Assembly: GCA_026395055.1 (NCBI GenBank)
Contig: JAPLZK010000004.1
Location: forward strand, 209,432 to 273,431
Source of the DNA: Candidatus Uhrbacteria bacterium
GTDB taxonomy: Bacteria; Patescibacteriota; Patescibacteriia; UBA9934; GWF2-40-263
Direction: 5' to 3'
Length of the DNA stretch: 64,000 nt
Part shown: piece after piece, positions 1-9,696 of the stretch
Position numbering within the stretch: the stretch's first letter is position 1
Layout of the letters: each line of letters starts with the position of its first letter
Notes under the pieces: generated by a model
The model's input: only the letters and a program-made list of their open reading frames with translations
Database searches by the model: none
Told to the model about the DNA's origin: nothing
Translations under genes and position numbers: made by a program

Positions 1-178
1 CTTCAGGATTTATTTGACGTGCCTCGGATTTTCTTGCCATACAAAAAATTTTAAGGATGTTTGAATTGAGATAAAAATAACACAAAAATGCGTTTTTGTC
101 AATGAGACATTGACAAATTCTGATTTTATGATATCGTGTTTAGCCGACAAGCACAACGGCCAAGGAGTCCACAGTGTC

Positions 179-697
179 ATGAATCCCACGCAAACCACGA
201 GTGAAGATCATGCAGGAAGCAAGGCGCGACCTGTGACAAGTTTGTTTGGAGCGGATTCACGGATTCGTTCGGAGTGCTTGAATGCATTTCCTGCGTCGCC
301 GGAATTTGCGACGTATCTTGCAAAGCGCATTCTTGCGCTGAATGGATCGATCCTTGTCGCTCAACTGTTCATCAATCAATTCCGTATGTGTTTTCTGGAT
401 TCAACCATCGTGGTTTTACCGGAACACGTGATGCGACTTGGTGTAGATCAGAATCCGCATTGCGTGACGTCTGTGTTCACTGCCTTGCTCACGAACGAAT
501 TTCCCATCATACAGGCGCTCGCCCGACTCGAAATCAACCTGAAGGGTGATATCGAATCCGATGATGCGGTGCACTACACCCAACCAGAACATAAGGCGGT
601 CGACCTTGATCAGCTCGTTCCTTTGCAACACCTCTTCATTTGCGCCTCCGCTATGCTCGTCGGGATCACCATCGATCCACGCGTGCTGGCCGCGTAA
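179..697 (+). CDS. hypothetical protein (orphan, monocistronic)
   Basis: ATG at 179 preceded by AAGGAG; TTGACA at 110 with TGnTATCGT; followed by a hairpin and T-run. Confidence 0.7.
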   Translation: MNPTQTTSEDHAGSKARPVTSLFGADSRIRSECLNAFPASPEFATYLAKRILALNGSILVAQLFINQFRMCFLDSTIVVLPEHVMRLGVDQNPHCVTSVFTALLTNEFPIIQALARLEINLKGDIESDDAVHYTQPEHKAVDLDQLVPLQHLFICASAMLVGITIDPRVLAA

Positions 698-702
698 TCT
701 TC

Positions 703-728
703 AAGGACTCATTGCGGGTCTTTTTTTC
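703..728 (+). terminator. intrinsic terminator
   Basis: AAGGACTC-attgc-GGGTCTTT then T-run. Confidence 0.7.
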
Positions 729-803
729 TTTGTCGAATCATTGACAAAAAAGGCCTTTTGCCATATGATCACTTCGCCAATTTCGGCACAGAGGTACGGT
801 CAC

Positions 804-1643
804 ATGTCACAGCAAGCACAGCCCGGCAAGCAGTCGCCGGAAGACAAAGCCAAAGCGGCTCTGGATACTTTTCTCGACCATCCGTTCTGGAGGGAGCTTC
901 CACGGGCGGTTTCGAAAGGGTTCGATCGTGTTGATCAGTTTTTCGAGAAAGGTGAGTTCGACGAAATCCTTGCCGGTGGCGAGGCTTGTGCAGAGCTCAT
1001 TGCAAACGCGTCCCGTCACGTGATGGAGCGTGGACAGTTCGGCGAACCCGAGGCGGCGTTCCTTGCGGCGGCTCGCACGGAGTTCGGACAGAAAAAGAGT
1101 TTCCTCGCAACCACGATCAACTTCATGCAGGCTGTTGTCGGCTCTGTTGATCCGGATGACAAGAAGACTCCGAAGCAAGTGCAGGATCATTTGGATCTCA
1201 TGCGCTTCATCTACATCGCCGCGCGCGACAAGCCGGAACTCCTGGAGCTGCTGAATGACAGCCGCTACAAGAATCTGGATCCGTCCGTGTGCAACAATCC
1301 GAACCTGGACAAGCTCCTCGATGAGCTCGTGAAGAATGGGTGTGTCCATGCGTTGCAGGTGGGCGCGGTCAAGGCCATGCTGTCTCCGCTTCGTCGGAGC
1401 TGGACGGAAGATCGGTGTGCGGCCGCGAGCAAGGCATTTGCCGAGCAGCGCTACCTCCGTGATCAGACCCAGGTTCAGGCGCGGCAGTTCGTCGAAAAGT
1501 CGAGTCTGGAATACCCGAAGGTCGCCACAAAGCTTCTGACGGTTGCGCACGGTCTCCGCGTTGCCTACACAGAAGGTGCGGTCCTGCGCTTCGAAACCAT
1601 TTGCTACATGATGCTCAATGCCTGCAAGGGCGTCCACGCTTAA
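804..1643 (+). CDS. hypothetical helical protein (orphan, monocistronic)
   Basis: ATG at 804 after GAGGT; promoter TTGACA(741)-17-TATGAT(764); terminator at 1642-1670. Confidence 0.75.
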   Translation: MSQQAQPGKQSPEDKAKAALDTFLDHPFWRELPRAVSKGFDRVDQFFEKGEFDEILAGGEACAELIANASRHVMERGQFGEPEAAFLAAARTEFGQKKSFLATTINFMQAVVGSVDPDDKKTPKQVQDHLDLMRFIYIAARDKPELLELLNDSRYKNLDPSVCNNPNLDKLLDELVKNGCVHALQVGAVKAMLSPLRRSWTEDRCAAASKAFAEQRYLRDQTQVQARQFVEKSSLEYPKVATKLLTVAHGLRVAYTEGAVLRFETICYMMLNACKGVHA

Positions 1644-1724
1644 GACTCCTCACTCGAGGGTCTTTTTTTTATGAATCCCTTACCCCTTGCCCCTCGTCCC
1701 TTTTTCCAGTATTCTCGACTCGTT

Positions 1725-3119
1725 ATGCAAGAATCTCAACCAAAATTTCACCTCATTACTTACGGCTGCCAGATGAACAAAAATGACTCGGAGCGCATGG
1801 AGACATTGCTTCATGGGTTAGGATTTGTTTCAACAGATGCTCCGGTAGAAGCAGATTTGATTTTGATCAACACGTGTTCTGTTCGACAACAAGCAGAGGA
1901 TCGTGTGTTTGGAAAAGTGCACGAGTTCGAAGCATTGAAAGAAATAAATCCAAAGCTGATCCTCGGCATTACGGGCTGTATGGCTGGGCGTGATCGAGAC
2001 GGCGTGATTCGCAAAAAGATTCCTGCGGTGGATTTGTATTTTCCTACGGCCGATATGGGGCAGTTACCACGCTGGATCGGTGAACTTCGCCCTGAGCTTG
2101 TAAACAGCACAGATCTTGTAGAAGATTATTTAAAGATTAAACCAGAGCGCAATTCGCTGCGCCAAGCATTTGTTTCTATCCAAACGGGATGCAATAAGTT
2201 TTGTACGTATTGCGTTGTCCCATTTGCAAGAGGTCTCGAGAAGAACCGGTCCGTAAAAGATATTCTCGAGGAGATTACAGATCTCGCTGCGCATGGATGT
2301 GTGGAAGTGACACTACTCGGACAAACCGTGAATAGTTATCTTGCACCGGACGTTGAGAATTTCTCAGAAGGGAATCCGTATCAAAATCATTTTGCAAAAC
2401 TTCTTTGGGAAGTAAACCAGATTCCGGAAATTAAACGATTGCATTTCACGGCTCCACATCCGCTCCACATGACAGACGAGGTGATTGATGCAATGACACT
2501 GCCGGCACACGTGAACTTTATTCATCTTCCTGTGCAGGCGGGTGATAATGAAGTGCTCAGACGTATGAATCGTCGGTACACAATCGAACAGTTTAATGAC
2601 GTCGTATCTCGATTGCGCGCAAAAATTCCAAACCTCGCGATCGGAACAGATATCATTGTCGGATTTTCCGGCGAATCTCCAGAACAATTCCAAAAGACCG
2701 TCGACATGTATCGCGATCTTAAATTCGATATCGGTTATAATGCGCGTTATAGTGAACGCTCAGGCACCGCAGCAAAGCGTGCGTTTAAAGACGATGTGAC
2801 GCAAGAAGAAAAGAAACGTCGATGGAATGAATTACAGGCTGTGATGGAACACGTTGTCCATGAAAAAAACCAACAATATGTCGACGAGGTTGTAAGTGTG
2901 CTTGTCGAAAGACACGAGGCACCAAAGATTACAGATGAGATGCTCGCGATGCCAGAAAAGATTCAAGAGCTTCTCGCGGCACAACCCGGAATGTGTTTTG
3001 GAAATTCGCGTGAGATGAAGCTTGTAACGTTTGCAGGAGGAAAAGAATTGGTTGGGGAGATTGTGGATGTTAAAATAACAAAAGCAGAAACTTGGATTCT
3101 CGAAGGACAACAAACATGA
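1725..3119 (+). CDS. miaB: tRNA-2-methylthio-N6-dimethylallyladenosine synthase
   Basis: TYGCQMN, NTCSVR, radical SAM motif CNKFCTYC, C-terminal TRAM domain; adjacent to miaA. Confidence 0.95.
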   Translation: MQESQPKFHLITYGCQMNKNDSERMETLLHGLGFVSTDAPVEADLILINTCSVRQQAEDRVFGKVHEFEALKEINPKLILGITGCMAGRDRDGVIRKKIPAVDLYFPTADMGQLPRWIGELRPELVNSTDLVEDYLKIKPERNSLRQAFVSIQTGCNKFCTYCVVPFARGLEKNRSVKDILEEITDLAAHGCVEVTLLGQTVNSYLAPDVENFSEGNPYQNHFAKLLWEVNQIPEIKRLHFTAPHPLHMTDEVIDAMTLPAHVNFIHLPVQAGDNEVLRRMNRRYTIEQFNDVVSRLRAKIPNLAIGTDIIVGFSGESPEQFQKTVDMYRDLKFDIGYNARYSERSGTAAKRAFKDDVTQEEKKRRWNELQAVMEHVVHEKNQQYVDEVVSVLVERHEAPKITDEMLAMPEKIQELLAAQPGMCFGNSREMKLVTFAGGKELVGEIVDVKITKAETWILEGQQT

Positions 3120-4069
3120 AACCCAAACTTATCGCCATCGTTGGTCCAACTGCGAGCGGGAAAACCGCGCTTGGGATTGAGATTGCTAAATTGATTGGTG
3201 GAGAAGTGATTTCGGTTGATTCTCGCATGGTGTATCGAGGGATGAATGTTGGAACGGCGAAACCAGAGGGGGAGTGGAAGACGGAGGAAATTCAGATTGG
3301 CGGGCGAATTGATCAGTTGTTTGGTGCGCGCAAAGAATTTTTTGTTGAGGATGTTCCGCATTGGGGAATTGATCTTGTTGAACCAGATCAAGAATATTCT
3401 GTGGCAACGTTTAAAACGTATGCGGAAAAAAAGATTGCGGAGATTGTGAAACGTAAACATATACCAATTCTCGTTGGGGGAACCGGATTGTGGCTTTCGG
3501 CCGTCATCGATAATCTTGATCTGTCTTCGACACCTTCTGATGAAAAACTGCGAGCCGAGCTTGAAGAAAAATCTTTGGGAGATTTATTTCATGAATTCAA
3601 AAAATTAGATCCGGTTGGTGCGGAACAAATTGATCGCGAGAACAAGCGTCGTGTTGTTCGTGCGCTCGAGGTGACGCTGCTCACGGGTAAACCCTTTTCG
3701 CAATTACAAACGCGCGGCATCTCGAAATACGATGTGTTGCAGATTGGTATCGCTGTTGATCGAGAAACACTGAATGAACGCATCAATGATCGTGTAGACG
3801 AGATGATTGCAAAAGAACTCGTGACAGAAGTAAGATCGTTGAAAGAGAAGTTTGGTTGCACAATCGAATCCATGACAGGAATTGGTTACCGACAAGTCTG
3901 TGAGTTTCTTGAAGGACGCTCTTCGCTCAAGGACGCAATCGAAGAAATAAAAAAAGATTCACGGCATTATGCCAAGCGTCAGATGACGTGGTTTAAACGC
4001 GATGAAAGAATTCAGTGGGTGAAAAATGCAAAAGAAGCCATTGGATTCGTAGAAACATTTTTGCAATAA
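3116..4069 (+). CDS. miaA: tRNA dimethylallyltransferase
   Basis: GPTASGKT, DSRMVYRGMNVGTAKP, VGGTGL, YAKRQMTWF. Confidence 0.96.
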   Translation: MKPKLIAIVGPTASGKTALGIEIAKLIGGEVISVDSRMVYRGMNVGTAKPEGEWKTEEIQIGGRIDQLFGARKEFFVEDVPHWGIDLVEPDQEYSVATFKTYAEKKIAEIVKRKHIPILVGGTGLWLSAVIDNLDLSSTPSDEKLRAELEEKSLGDLFHEFKKLDPVGAEQIDRENKRRVVRALEVTLLTGKPFSQLQTRGISKYDVLQIGIAVDRETLNERINDRVDEMIAKELVTEVRSLKEKFGCTIESMTGIGYRQVCEFLEGRSSLKDAIEEIKKDSRHYAKRQMTWFKRDERIQWVKNAKEAIGFVETFLQ

Positions 4070-4081
4070 AAAAACCTCACT

Positions 4082-4969
4082 TCACGTTCGCAACGTTTGT
4101 GAGGAGGAGATGGGTCTTGGTCTTCCGTAGATCATGGGTGCAACGTGAACATGGTCACGTCTGTCCGTTTCTTTTCCTCTGTACAAGGCATCGTTTGCAC
4201 ACGTAAAGAGTTGATTGAACATGTCGTCGACACCATGATCCGGTTTGATGTACGCACTTGCGACACCGATTGTAACTGTTTGGGTGATCTGTGTTCCGTT
4301 TGGCACAAAACACGGTGTTCTCTGCATGGCGCTGCGAATGCGTTCTCCAATCATTTTCCCGTTTCCAAGAATTTGATGGATATGCGGAAGGGTGGCGCCT
4401 GTTTGAGATCGTGCGGTATCACTGTATGGCTGATCACGATCTCGTTGTGCGTGATCTGGTGTTGGGTTATTTGCAACCGCGACGATAATGAATTCTTCGC
4501 CGCCCCAGCGCACAAGGATATCGCCCAAGCGAACGGATTGTTTCATGATGTTCGCAAACCACTGCAAGACCTGATCGCCCGCGGGGTTCCCTCCGTGTTT
4601 TTTGTTGACCTGACTAAAGTGATCAAGATCAAGCATGAGAACAGAGACAACACCATCGAATCGAATGGTTTTCAGTCGACCTAGCATTTGTTCGATGGAG
4701 ACACGACCCGGTTGTTGTCGCAGAAGTTCTGTCAGGCCATCGAGCGTGGCTTGCTCGTGGATGGACATGAGGTAACTTCGACCAACGGTCGTTTGAAAGA
4801 ACTCTTCGAAGATGGCTTGTTCTCGATCAGACGGAATCAGATCTGTGTGATCCGATGTCCCATCAGGGAATTGAACAATGATTTCTCCGCGTTGACCGTA
4901 GCGAATAGACAGCTTTGGTGGATCTTCCACGAGCACCTCCGAACGAGTGAATGGCCATATGGGGTTCAT
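4082..4969 (-). CDS. GGDEF domain protein (diguanylate cyclase-like)
   Basis: DLDHF, GD, RxxD I-site (RLGD), RWGGEEF, TVTIGVA. Confidence 0.85.
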   Translation of the reverse strand: MNPIWPFTRSEVLVEDPPKLSIRYGQRGEIIVQFPDGTSDHTDLIPSDREQAIFEEFFQTTVGRSYLMSIHEQATLDGLTELLRQQPGRVSIEQMLGRLKTIRFDGVVSVLMLDLDHFSQVNKKHGGNPAGDQVLQWFANIMKQSVRLGDILVRWGGEEFIIVAVANNPTPDHAQRDRDQPYSDTARSQTGATLPHIHQILGNGKMIGERIRSAMQRTPCFVPNGTQITQTVTIGVASAYIKPDHGVDDMFNQLFTCANDALYRGKETDRRDHVHVAPMIYGRPRPISSSQTLRT

Positions 4970-5011
4970 ATGGACTCTGGATTAAACCAAAAAAATTGAA
5001 TTTTGTCAACC

Positions 5012-5038
5012 GTAAAACCGCCTTTTGGGCGGTTTTAC
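5012..5038. terminator. intrinsic terminator downstream of gatB
   Basis: GTAAAACCGCC-ttttg-GGCGGTTTTAC inverted repeat. Confidence 0.65.
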
Positions 5039-5046
5039 TTTTGTTT

Positions 5047-6555
5047 CTAGGATTTTAACTTCACAAGCAACATGTTTCTGCTGACTCCTGGATCTGCGGT
5101 TCCTTGGGTTTCTTTCATGACGAGTCCGACAAAGAAGGGGAGTAATTTTTCTTCTCCTGCTTGGTAACGGAGAACTTCTTCTTTGTGTCCTTCAAGGACG
5201 CGATCAACAACGTCTGCAAGTTCACCTGCATCTTGCATAGTACCGAGTTGCAAGTCTTCCATGAGATGTGTTGGAGATTTTCCGTCATCAAGCATGGCAT
5301 TTAAGACTTTGAGTCCCGCGGTTCCGTTTAATTTTGTGGTTGCAATGAGTGTAATGAATTCCGCAAAATAGTTTGGAGTGATTTTACAGGTGCGGATATC
5401 AATTCCGCGTTCCATCATGAGTCCGCCAAGTTTTGAGAGAAGCCAACCAGAGACGAGGCGTGCCATTTTTGGTTTCTCTGTTTCCCAATCAAGGTCGCCT
5501 TCCGTTGTGCTTAACCATTCTTGGAGTTCTGAGAATGTGTGTTCCGCGTAGTCTGCAAGGGTGGGGTCATCACACATTTGCGCGGCGTCAGATGGTTTCA
5601 GTCCGTATTCTTCTGCAAAACGTGCACGACGTGCGGCTGGAAGTTCCGGCATGATGAGTTTGAGTTCCTCTGCGAGATCTGTGAGATTTAGTGGTGGGAT
5701 GTCTGGTTCGGGGAAGTAACGGTAGTCTGCTGCGTCTTCTTTTGATCGTTGTGGCTCTGTGAATCCTTTGACGTCATTCCATCCGCGCGTTGTTGAAACA
5801 ATAACGGGCGTGCCGTCTTCCCAAAGTTTTGTTTGACGTTTGATTTCAAACTCGAGAGCACGTTCCACGTGTCTGAAGGAGTTCATGTTTTTAACTTCTG
5901 TTTTTGGATTGAAGCGTGCGCCAACAATTTGTCCGTCCGCATCAATTTCGCGAAGGGAAATGTTTGCGTCGCAACGCATGTTTCCTTTTTCCATGTCTGC
6001 GTTTGAGATGTCGAGGTAACGCGCAATGCGTTGGAGTTCATGCAAAAACGCTTTTGCTTCTTTTGCATTTGTGAAGTCTGGTTCCGTTACAATCTCGATG
6101 AGAGGCGTTCCGCCGCGATTAAAATCCACAAGCGTTTTTCCTTCTACACCGTGCGTGTTTTTTGCTGCGTCTTCTTCAAGGTGGGCTCGTGTGATTCCAA
6201 AGCGTACGAATGATCGTTCGGAATCTGGAATTTCAACTTCTAGGTATCCATCTGAGGCGATCGGTAAATCGAACTGTGAAATCTGATACGCCTTTGGAAG
6301 GTCTGGATAAAAATAGTTTTTACGATCGAATTTTGAGTGCGAGGCGATTTTACAGTTGAGGGCAAGACCCATCATGGTGCCGAAGCGAATGGCCTGTTCA
6401 TTTGGAACGGGGAGTGTTCCTGGATTTCCAAGACAAATAGCACACACGTTTGTGTTTGGAGACGCGCCAATGTCATGTGCGGGACACGCACAGAACATTT
6501 TGGATTTGGTTTTCAGCTGGAGGTGGATTTCAAGTCCAATCACGGGAATCAACAT
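5047..6555 (-). CDS. gatB: Asp/Glu-tRNA amidotransferase subunit B
   Basis: IGLEIHLQL, FDRKNYFYPDLPK, HLEEDAAK, EVKNMNSF, DYRYFPEPD. Confidence 0.98.
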   Translation of the reverse strand: MLIPVIGLEIHLQLKTKSKMFCACPAHDIGASPNTNVCAICLGNPGTLPVPNEQAIRFGTMMGLALNCKIASHSKFDRKNYFYPDLPKAYQISQFDLPIASDGYLEVEIPDSERSFVRFGITRAHLEEDAAKNTHGVEGKTLVDFNRGGTPLIEIVTEPDFTNAKEAKAFLHELQRIARYLDISNADMEKGNMRCDANISLREIDADGQIVGARFNPKTEVKNMNSFRHVERALEFEIKRQTKLWEDGTPVIVSTTRGWNDVKGFTEPQRSKEDAADYRYFPEPDIPPLNLTDLAEELKLIMPELPAARRARFAEEYGLKPSDAAQMCDDPTLADYAEHTFSELQEWLSTTEGDLDWETEKPKMARLVSGWLLSKLGGLMMERGIDIRTCKITPNYFAEFITLIATTKLNGTAGLKVLNAMLDDGKSPTHLMEDLQLGTMQDAGELADVVDRVLEGHKEEVLRYQAGEEKLLPFFVGLVMKETQGTADPGVSRNMLLVKLKS

Positions 6556-6558
6556 ATG

Positions 6559-7425
6559 TTATGTTTCATTGCGAGGAGTCATTGACGAAGCGATCTTTTC
6601 GCCCGTTTCGGGACTGACGGTTTCCTGTTTAACCAAAGGGCCTCGCGTTTCTCTTAGATGTTTATACAGGAGCGTCATGTACGTTGCAAGCAGAGGGATT
6701 GCAACGATTTCTACGATGGATTGTAAGAGATCAAGCCAAGCAGGGAGTTGATTTTGTGCGGCAATTTTTACAGGATCTACTCCAGCTGCCGCGCCGGAAA
6801 TGGAGATGATGAGCGCGACGATGACAGAATAAACAAATCCAATAAGGACAGGTCCTCCAACCAGACGATAAAGAACAGAGAAGAATCTTCCCTCAGAAAG
6901 TGATCGACTAAATTTAAGAGCTTCCATTCCGTGTTTACCATCCAGCACAGCAGACGTTTGGGCAAATGCAAACCAAATGATCGCAATGAATCCTGGAATG
7001 ATGAGAAGGATAAAACCGAGAAGGACGAGCAGAATGTGCAAGAGGAGAACGCGTGCTGTGGGTTGTAAAAGCGTTTTGGAATATTTTTTAAGCCCCATGG
7101 CATCAAACGGTTGTTTTTCTACAAGGGCGTTTACAATCAAAATCAAAATGATTCCAGTCCAGAAGGTGATCATGAATTCTGCAACAGAACACAGAAGATC
7201 AAGTGTGACGACGATAGGATTTTGTTCTGGAAAAAAACTTAAAACAAAATAACCGGCAAATGGAAGAAGAAGCCACGCTGTGTAACCAATCATCAGCCAA
7301 AAATTTGAGCGATACAATTGTAGGCTTAGGAAAACAAGATCGAGCGGAGAACGAAGCGGTGTCTTATTCCTGCCTGCCGGCAGGCTAGGCGCTTTGTTCG
7401 GTGAGGCTTTGGTAAAGGAGAACAT
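6559..7425 (-). CDS. multi-pass membrane protein, paralog of upstream gene; start uncertain
   Basis: About 6 TM segments; ALKFSRSLSEGRFFSV resembles ALKKSRTLTEGKFWSV of the neighbour. Confidence 0.75.
   Translation of the reverse strand: MFSFTKASPNKAPSLPAGRNKTPLRSPLDLVFLSLQLYRSNFWLMIGYTAWLLLPFAGYFVLSFFPEQNPIVVTLDLLCSVAEFMITFWTGIILILIVNALVEKQPFDAMGLKKYSKTLLQPTARVLLLHILLVLLGFILLIIPGFIAIIWFAFAQTSAVLDGKHGMEALKFSRSLSEGRFFSVLYRLVGGPVLIGFVYSVIVALIISISGAAAGVDPVKIAAQNQLPAWLDLLQSIVEIVAIPLLATYMTLLYKHLRETRGPLVKQETVSPETGEKIASSMTPRNET
7369..7389. repeat. short palindromic repeat CCTGCCTGCCGGCAGGC(T)AGG
   Basis: Near-perfect palindrome; second copy at 8305-8324. Confidence 0.75.
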
Positions 7426-8263
7426 CAGATAAGAAAATAAGTGGATTGAGAAAAATCGCAAGGAGCATTGGGAGGATGGACGCAGTGAGTTCGCCTATGC
7501 GTTGTTGAACATCTAAGTTTAATCCTGTTGCGTTGATGATAAACGTGTTCAAAACAAGATTGATGAGAAGGATGATGAGAGCACCAAACAAGACGAAAAC
7601 CAGTTTTGGCAAAACAATACGAGCAAGGACACTCCAGAATTTTCCTTCTGTAAGGGTTCGGCTCTTTTTAAGAGCCTCTTTGTTTTTTGCGCGATCCAAA
7701 ATGGCTGCATAGGGCGCCATCATGTAATAAAGCGTCCATTTGGAAGTAAGAATTACGCTCACAATGAGTCCGATGATCAAAAGTCCATTTGCGACTCCAA
7801 GAATCCATGCGTTTTGCATCCAAAATCCGACAGCACCAAGAAGGAGGGAAGGACCGAGAGTGATCACTTGTGCAAGAAGGAGCGTGAGTCCAACAAGAGC
7901 GGTCACCGCAAGAGCTGGGAAATAACGTCTTTTGGTTTCTCTCATGACACTTGTAATACTCATTTGTTCACCGCGCAAAACAGATTTTGCTCCAATGGCG
8001 AGGGAAACGAAAACCCAGAAGCCTAAGAGGGGAGAAAGAATGATGTTCGTGAATCCGTATAAGATAACCCCCGTCACTTCATTAAAGGAAAAATTGGTAT
8101 GATACGCAATAGCACCTGCATTTGGATAAAGCAGTGTTGCAACCGCATTCAGAATGGCAATAAGGATGAGCCAACCTGAGAGTTGTAAAAAGAACGGAAG
8201 AGAAGAGCGATATTTATTCCACGATTGGTCAATAAGATCGCCGATGGAAATGAGAGGTTTCAT
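7385..8263 (-). CDS. multi-pass membrane protein (GDPD membrane-domain-like)
   Basis: Hydrophobic 292 aa ORF, about 6 TM segments. Confidence 0.8.
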   Translation of the reverse strand: MKPLISIGDLIDQSWNKYRSSLPFFLQLSGWLILIAILNAVATLLYPNAGAIAYHTNFSFNEVTGVILYGFTNIILSPLLGFWVFVSLAIGAKSVLRGEQMSITSVMRETKRRYFPALAVTALVGLTLLLAQVITLGPSLLLGAVGFWMQNAWILGVANGLLIIGLIVSVILTSKWTLYYMMAPYAAILDRAKNKEALKKSRTLTEGKFWSVLARIVLPKLVFVLFGALIILLINLVLNTFIINATGLNLDVQQRIGELTASILPMLLAIFLNPLIFLSDVLLYQSLTEQSA

Positions 8264-8304
8264 AGTACGAACATTATAGCAGGGGCGAGGGGTAAGGGGC
8301 TAGG

Positions 8305-8324
8305 CTTGCCTGCCGGCAGGCAGG
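8305..8324. repeat. short palindromic repeat CTTGCCTGCCGGCAGGCAGG
   Basis: Palindrome just after the dut stop; matches the 7369 copy. Confidence 0.75.
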
Positions 8325-8326
8325 GA

Positions 8327-8764
8327 TTAGTGGCCGGTTGATCCAAAACCACCACGATCTGGTTTCTCGAGCATCTCAACAACGTTAAACGATGCTTTGA
8401 TGATTGGCATGATCATGCCTTGTGCTAGACGATCTCCTTTTGTGACGGTTACGGGGGTGTTTGTGAAATTGATGAGTTGCAGGAGAATTTCGTCATTTGG
8501 CCCACAATAGTCTTCATCAACAATTCCAATACCTTGAACAACCGTAAGGCCGAACTTTTTTGGGAGGGATGAACGAGCCGCTACGACGAGAACGTGGTTT
8601 TGCGGTGTGCAGATAACCAAACCCGTTCGAAGCCGAACGATCTCGCCCGGCGCAATTGTTGCGTTTTCGATGGTTGAGAGATCAAACGCACATGAACCGG
8701 GTGTTTTGTATTCTGGCAAGATGCCGTCAGGATGACATAGAAAGATGTCCACAGGGATGTTCAT
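8327..8764 (-). CDS. dut: trimeric dUTPase
   Basis: All five motifs: AFDL, RSS, GIVDEDYCG, GDRLAQ, RGGFGSTG. Confidence 0.93.
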   Translation of the reverse strand: MNIPVDIFLCHPDGILPEYKTPGSCAFDLSTIENATIAPGEIVRLRTGLVICTPQNHVLVVAARSSLPKKFGLTVVQGIGIVDEDYCGPNDEILLQLINFTNTPVTVTKGDRLAQGMIMPIIKASFNVVEMLEKPDRGGFGSTGH

Positions 8765-8829
8765 ATGCGCCTATTCTATCAAATTATGCCGATGGCAACA
8801 TCCTCCTCAGTTTGATAGCATGGGGAAAT

Positions 8830-9696
8830 ATGAAAGCGTATCTTGACCTTGTGAATAAGATTCTGGACACAGGAATCGTGAAACCGACCCGTACGGGTAC
8901 GGATACCGTTGCGATTGCTGGCGCCATGTTTGAACATGATATGCGGGACGGATTCCCCATGCTTACAACAAAGAAAGTTCCGTTGCGATTGCCGGCCATT
9001 GAACTCGAATTTTTTTTGAATGGAAAAACAGATAAGGCTTGGCTCCAAGAACGCAATAGTCATATTTGGGACGAATGGTGCGCGCCGCATATTGTTCCGT
9101 ATGGCCACGATGCGGAGACAAAGGCTCGCATGCGCGAAGAGCGTGAACTTGGCCCCATCTACGGATTTCAATGGCGACACTTCGGTGCGGATTACGTCGA
9201 TCATCAAACGGATTATTCCGGACAAGGTGTTGATCAAATTGCAAAGCTTGTTGAAACATTGAAACGAGATCCGCATGATCGACGCATGATTGTGAGTGCA
9301 TGGAATCCGGCAGCGCTTCATCAGATGGCGTTACCTCCTTGCTATTACGGATTTCAGGTCACGGTTTTGAACGGACGAGTGAATGTGCTCTGGAGTCAGC
9401 GATCGGTTGATGTTGCACTCGGTTTGCCGTTCGACATTGTTGCACATGGACTTTTGCTGCATCTCCTCGCAAAGGAATCAGGACTGAAAGAAGGAAGGCT
9501 CGTCGGATTTTTGGGAGATGCGCATGTGTACACGAATCACATCGACGGACTAAGACAACAACTTTCTCGAGAGCCTGCGACATTACCACAGATTCGAACC
9601 GAGAATTTTACATCGATCTTTGATTGGAAACATACGGATACGACCGTCAAGGATTACAATCCGCATCCAAGTATTAAATTTGAGATTGCGATATGA
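8830..9696 (+). CDS. thyA: thymidylate synthase family protein with dCMP-type specificity residues
   Basis: RTGT, HIWDEW, GPIYGFQWR, RRMIVSAWN, LPPC(Y), QRSVD, GLPF(D), HVYTNH. Confidence 0.92.
   Translation: MKAYLDLVNKILDTGIVKPTRTGTDTVAIAGAMFEHDMRDGFPMLTTKKVPLRLPAIELEFFLNGKTDKAWLQERNSHIWDEWCAPHIVPYGHDAETKARMREERELGPIYGFQWRHFGADYVDHQTDYSGQGVDQIAKLVETLKRDPHDRRMIVSAWNPAALHQMALPPCYYGFQVTVLNGRVNVLWSQRSVDVALGLPFDIVAHGLLLHLLAKESGLKEGRLVGFLGDAHVYTNHIDGLRQQLSREPATLPQIRTENFTSIFDWKHTDTTVKDYNPHPSIKFEIAI

Noticed and set aside
807-1637. Long antisense ORFs (also 17064-17864, 18681-19313, 20542-21243, 39913-40722, 48000-48737)
   Set aside because: They are shadows of better-supported genes on the opposite strand.
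8656-8829. N-terminal extensions in the ORF track (thyA, rpmE, pgk, tmk, metK and others)
   Set aside because: Homology begins at a downstream ATG with the usual tATG context; the extensions overlap neighbours or promoters.
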